A DNA stretch of 64,000 nt from Candidatus Cloacimonadota bacterium. Lineage in GTDB: Bacteria > Cloacimonadota > Cloacimonadia > Cloacimonadales > Cloacimonadaceae. A program made the position numbers and the translations under genes. Shown piece after piece: positions 61,339 to 64,000 of this stretch. The stretch spans positions 25,417 to 89,416 of the forward strand of contig JBBISI010000004.1 in the NCBI GenBank assembly GCA_037441405.1, read 5' to 3'. Every line of letters begins with the position of its first letter. Within the stretch, counting starts at the first letter, position 1. The notes below the pieces were generated by a model. It did not search any database. It was not told the origin of the DNA and saw only the letters and a program-made list of their open reading frames with translations.

Positions 61339-63831
61339 TTATTTGATCACTTTTACTTCGACGCGGCGGTTACGGATCTTGCCCTCCAGAGTTCTATTGT
61401 CTGCCACTGGTCTGGTAAGTCCATAGCCAACGGAGGTCAAGTGTGCCCGGTCGATCCCTTTGGAAACGAGGTATTGTCTTACTGATTCCGCTCGACGTCT
61501 GGAAAGACCAAGATTATATTCGGCAGTTCCGATGTTGCAGGTATGTCCGGAAATTTCGACTTTGATCTCGGGATTGTTGAGTAGCGTTAGCACGATCTGA
61601 TTGAGGATCGGCATTGATGCCAGCAGCAACTCAGCACTGTCGAACTTAAATTGGATATCGTCAAAGATAAAAACCTTTTCTTCGATCAAACGTTTGAGTA
61701 CGATATTGAGTTCCTGAGTCTTCACACCCGCTGTAATCTCCAGTACTCGACGAAACTGGAAGAATCCTTCCTGGTCAACAATGACGGTATATCTATTGAC
61801 AACCGGTAGCAGGAACCGGAATTTACCAGTTTCCGCACTTGATGACGTGACTTCCACAAAGCGGTTATTATCAATGATGTAGGAGAATTCAATATCCACG
61901 CCCATGGGTTTTCCATCTTCATCGGTCACGATACCATAAAATTCGATCATTTGGCGTTCATCAGCCATTATGGCATCAATATCCGCAACATCGGCAACGC
62001 CACTGACAAGGACGATATCCAGACGGAATTGACGTTGATCCCGTTCCAGTTCTACCTCTTTGGAGAATGGCAGATAATCATCCAAACTGACTACCACAGT
62101 ATAAGTAGAGGTGTATGGGAGACAAATCTCAAACTGCCCATCGTCCCCAGAATTGGCGGTACGTTCGAATCTGATCCTTCCGATCCGGTAAATAAAGTGG
62201 ATCGGAGCGGCAATGGCTCTTCCTGTTTCATCACTGATCGAACCGACAAAGGTGACATAGTCGCGAACCAATTCATCATCGTCGGTGAGAACTCTGGCTA
62301 TATCGATATCATCGGCGATACCGCGCTCGAGCGTTATGTCATATCGATAAGCCAGTATTCCACGCTGCAGTTCCAGATCGTCCCGATAAGGCAGGAATCC
62401 GGCTTTATTGACGACAACAGCATAAATTGGAGCATAAGGCAAGGAGATTTCATACAATCCCGCAGGATCAGATTCCACGGTTCTTTGGAACCGAATTCTG
62501 CCCATTCGATAGACAAAATGGATCTGCGTTTCAAGGGGAACCTTTTCCTGATCGGTAACGCGTCCGGAGAAGACAATATATTGTCTGGGTGGTCTCTCGT
62601 CCTCAGGCAACATCCGTTTTTCCAAATCCATATCCTCTTCCAATGGGATAACGATCTTTTCGCCAGTATCTTCATCGAATTCCACATGCTCACGAGGGGC
62701 ATAGACTACATTGATAGTGTAGAGGTTTTCAAATCCTTCTACATCCCGATCGGAACTGATGAATGCTTCATTGGTGTGCTTGATGCGGTAGAAAGAGCGG
62801 TCGGTGCCGATCGAATTGGTAGGTATTCCAAGGTTTTCCGGGACTGACCATTTCGTCCATCCTTCGTCCAATCTAACGGATTTGAACAAGTCATATCCAC
62901 CTAAGCCGGGATGTCCGTTCGATGCAAAGAACAATGTTCTGCTATCATAGTCGAGAAATGGGGTTTGTTCGTTACCAGTGCTATTGATCCTGGTTCCCAG
63001 GTTGATCGGGTCTCCCCATTGATCGCCTTCGAGGACGCTTACCCAGATATCGGTTCCACCGTATCCGCCTTCCCTGGCAGACACAAAGAACATCAATGAG
63101 TCCTCATAGACCATCGGTTGAGTTTCGGTTTTGGGAGTACTGAGTTCAGTAATGGGACTGGGTTTTCCCCATCTACGGTTTAAGGTGCTTTGACAGAGGT
63201 CACCATCGATCTTGCCGCGCTCATAGTTACCAAAGAGATAGGCGATCCTGCCATCCCGGGAAAAACTGCCGATGGATTCATTGCCATCGGTATTCCATTC
63301 ATCAATGAATTCAGGTCTGCCCCAGCCGGTATTAAGCCGTTCACTACGCCAGATATTTTCCTTTTCGCGGCGGGCAGGTCTGAGGGAGGTGAAATAAAGG
63401 TACTTGCCTTCACTATCAGTTACGGCACCAAAATCGGAATTGCGGCTGTTGATATAAGCCGGCATCTTTCGAATACTGACTTTCTCAAAGATCAATGACT
63501 GCATATCTATGATCTCGAGATAGGTCTGTGCTTGATCACGGAAACGTAGGTCACCACTTTCCAGGTATTCATTCAGCCAAAACTTGGCGGACTCGGAATT
63601 GTGCAGAGCGATATTGGCGGTTCCGATCCAGTAAAAAAACTCCGGACGATTGCCGCCAGCAGCGTCATTGGCATCATTAAACAACCGGATAGCACTGCGG
63701 TAGTCCCCGCGCTGATAATACTCAAGGGCTTCCTGAGCATAGCGCTCTCCAGACAGGCCAATCGCAGACAGTCCTATCGCCAAAACCACTATGACGATAC
63801 ACAACACTAAGCGTCTCATCGGTAACTCCAT
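61339..63831 (-). CDS. OmpA-family protein with TPR, TolB-like beta-propeller and three tandem CarboxypepD_reg-like domains
   Basis: Signal peptide and TPR-like N-terminus. PD40-type repeats (YLYFTS, MFFVSAREGGYGGTDIW, LFFASNGHPGLGGYDLF). Three ~88-aa repeats. C-terminal OmpA domain (FDSAEL...GHTCNIGTAEYNLGLSRRRAESV...NRRVEV). Confidence 0.85.
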   Translation of the reverse strand: MELPMRRLVLCIVIVVLAIGLSAIGLSGERYAQEALEYYQRGDYRSAIRLFNDANDAAGGNRPEFFYWIGTANIALHNSESAKFWLNEYLESGDLRFRDQAQTYLEIIDMQSLIFEKVSIRKMPAYINSRNSDFGAVTDSEGKYLYFTSLRPARREKENIWRSERLNTGWGRPEFIDEWNTDGNESIGSFSRDGRIAYLFGNYERGKIDGDLCQSTLNRRWGKPSPITELSTPKTETQPMVYEDSLMFFVSAREGGYGGTDIWVSVLEGDQWGDPINLGTRINSTGNEQTPFLDYDSRTLFFASNGHPGLGGYDLFKSVRLDEGWTKWSVPENLGIPTNSIGTDRSFYRIKHTNEAFISSDRDVEGFENLYTINVVYAPREHVEFDEDTGEKIVIPLEEDMDLEKRMLPEDERPPRQYIVFSGRVTDQEKVPLETQIHFVYRMGRIRFQRTVESDPAGLYEISLPYAPIYAVVVNKAGFLPYRDDLELQRGILAYRYDITLERGIADDIDIARVLTDDDELVRDYVTFVGSISDETGRAIAAPIHFIYRIGRIRFERTANSGDDGQFEICLPYTSTYTVVVSLDDYLPFSKEVELERDQRQFRLDIVLVSGVADVADIDAIMADERQMIEFYGIVTDEDGKPMGVDIEFSYIIDNNRFVEVTSSSAETGKFRFLLPVVNRYTVIVDQEGFFQFRRVLEITAGVKTQELNIVLKRLIEEKVFIFDDIQFKFDSAELLLASMPILNQIVLTLLNNPEIKVEISGHTCNIGTAEYNLGLSRRRAESVRQYLVSKGIDRAHLTSVGYGLTRPVADNRTLEGKIRNRRVEVKVIK

Positions 63832-63840
63832 TGGACTATC

Positions 63841-63999
63841 ATCAGAACCGCATGATCAGCGATACGATGTGTTCGTCGGTGAAGGCCTCATTCGGCTTAA
63901 TCCGATAGGCATAATCGACCTGGAGATTACGGAAGCGAAGACCACTGCCGGCTGTGAAGCGGCCATTATGAAAACCGAGCCGGATACCTGTGCTGGTGT
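63841..63999 (-). CDS. Outer-membrane beta-barrel protein, C-terminal 52 codons only (5' part outside the window)
   Basis: My translation reads ...GLRFRNLQVDYAYRIKPNEAFTDEHIVSLIMRF plus TGA (63843-63841). The terminal Phe and alternating pattern are typical of OMP barrels. It lies 9 nt upstream of the OmpA-family gene. Confidence 0.6.
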
Positions 64000-64000
64000 T

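Overview
Mostly core chromosome of an anaerobic, diderm bacterium. The gene content (T9SS/FlgD-type C-terminal sorting domain, LVIVD and TPR lipoproteins, NrdDG, HydF, GH57-based glycogen genes, an Rnf/Nqr-type pump, LptFG, OmpA) fits an FCB-superphylum or Cloacimonadota-like lineage, but taxonomy cannot be proven from this window. I support about 50 CDSs: rpsO-pnp-ahcY; a nucleotide-sugar cluster with a NusG paralog; rnfDGEA+nqrF; dapD with two aminotransferases; nrdDG; a long minus-strand operon (debranching enzyme, glycogen synthase, GH57, sigma54-type regulator, YbbR, tsaD); a 936-aa secreted protein; gdhA; pfk; dnaX; hup; a UmuD-like peptidase plus a 1104-aa outer-membrane-like protein; pyrE; rnhB; hydF; ligA; lptFG; and an OmpA-family protein. 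No tRNA, rRNA, CRISPR array, transposase or recognisable defence genes are present. The most unusual content is non-coding. (1) Seven intergenic copies of a foldback element are built from 11-bp-phased TAAGGTTAT 9-mers. The 20-21 bp stem is invariant and the 4-nt centre is variable. (2) Two paralogous units of about 260 nt (14.4 kb and 34.3 kb) lie next to these foldbacks. They show compensatory changes, G-U wobbles and a GCAA tetraloop, consistent with a plus-sense structured RNA of unknown class. (3) Two long-form elements of about 315 nt (38.3 kb and 51.3 kb) exist, plus a short deletion form at 25.3 kb. Three element loci coincide with gene remnants: an hcp 3' fragment, a sigma54-activator 3' fragment, and an unidentified C-terminal fragment. 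This suggests the family is or was mobile or recombinogenic. Other points: an rnfDGEA-nqrF cluster with no NqrA/RnfC/RnfB; a good sigma54 promoter in front of the 936-aa protein whose neighbouring activator gene is truncated; a TM1266-like small gene with an in-frame TAA; and a (CT)11(ATCT)n microsatellite overlapping a stop codon. The sequence as printed ends at 63999. All functional calls come from reading the translations; no database search was possible.
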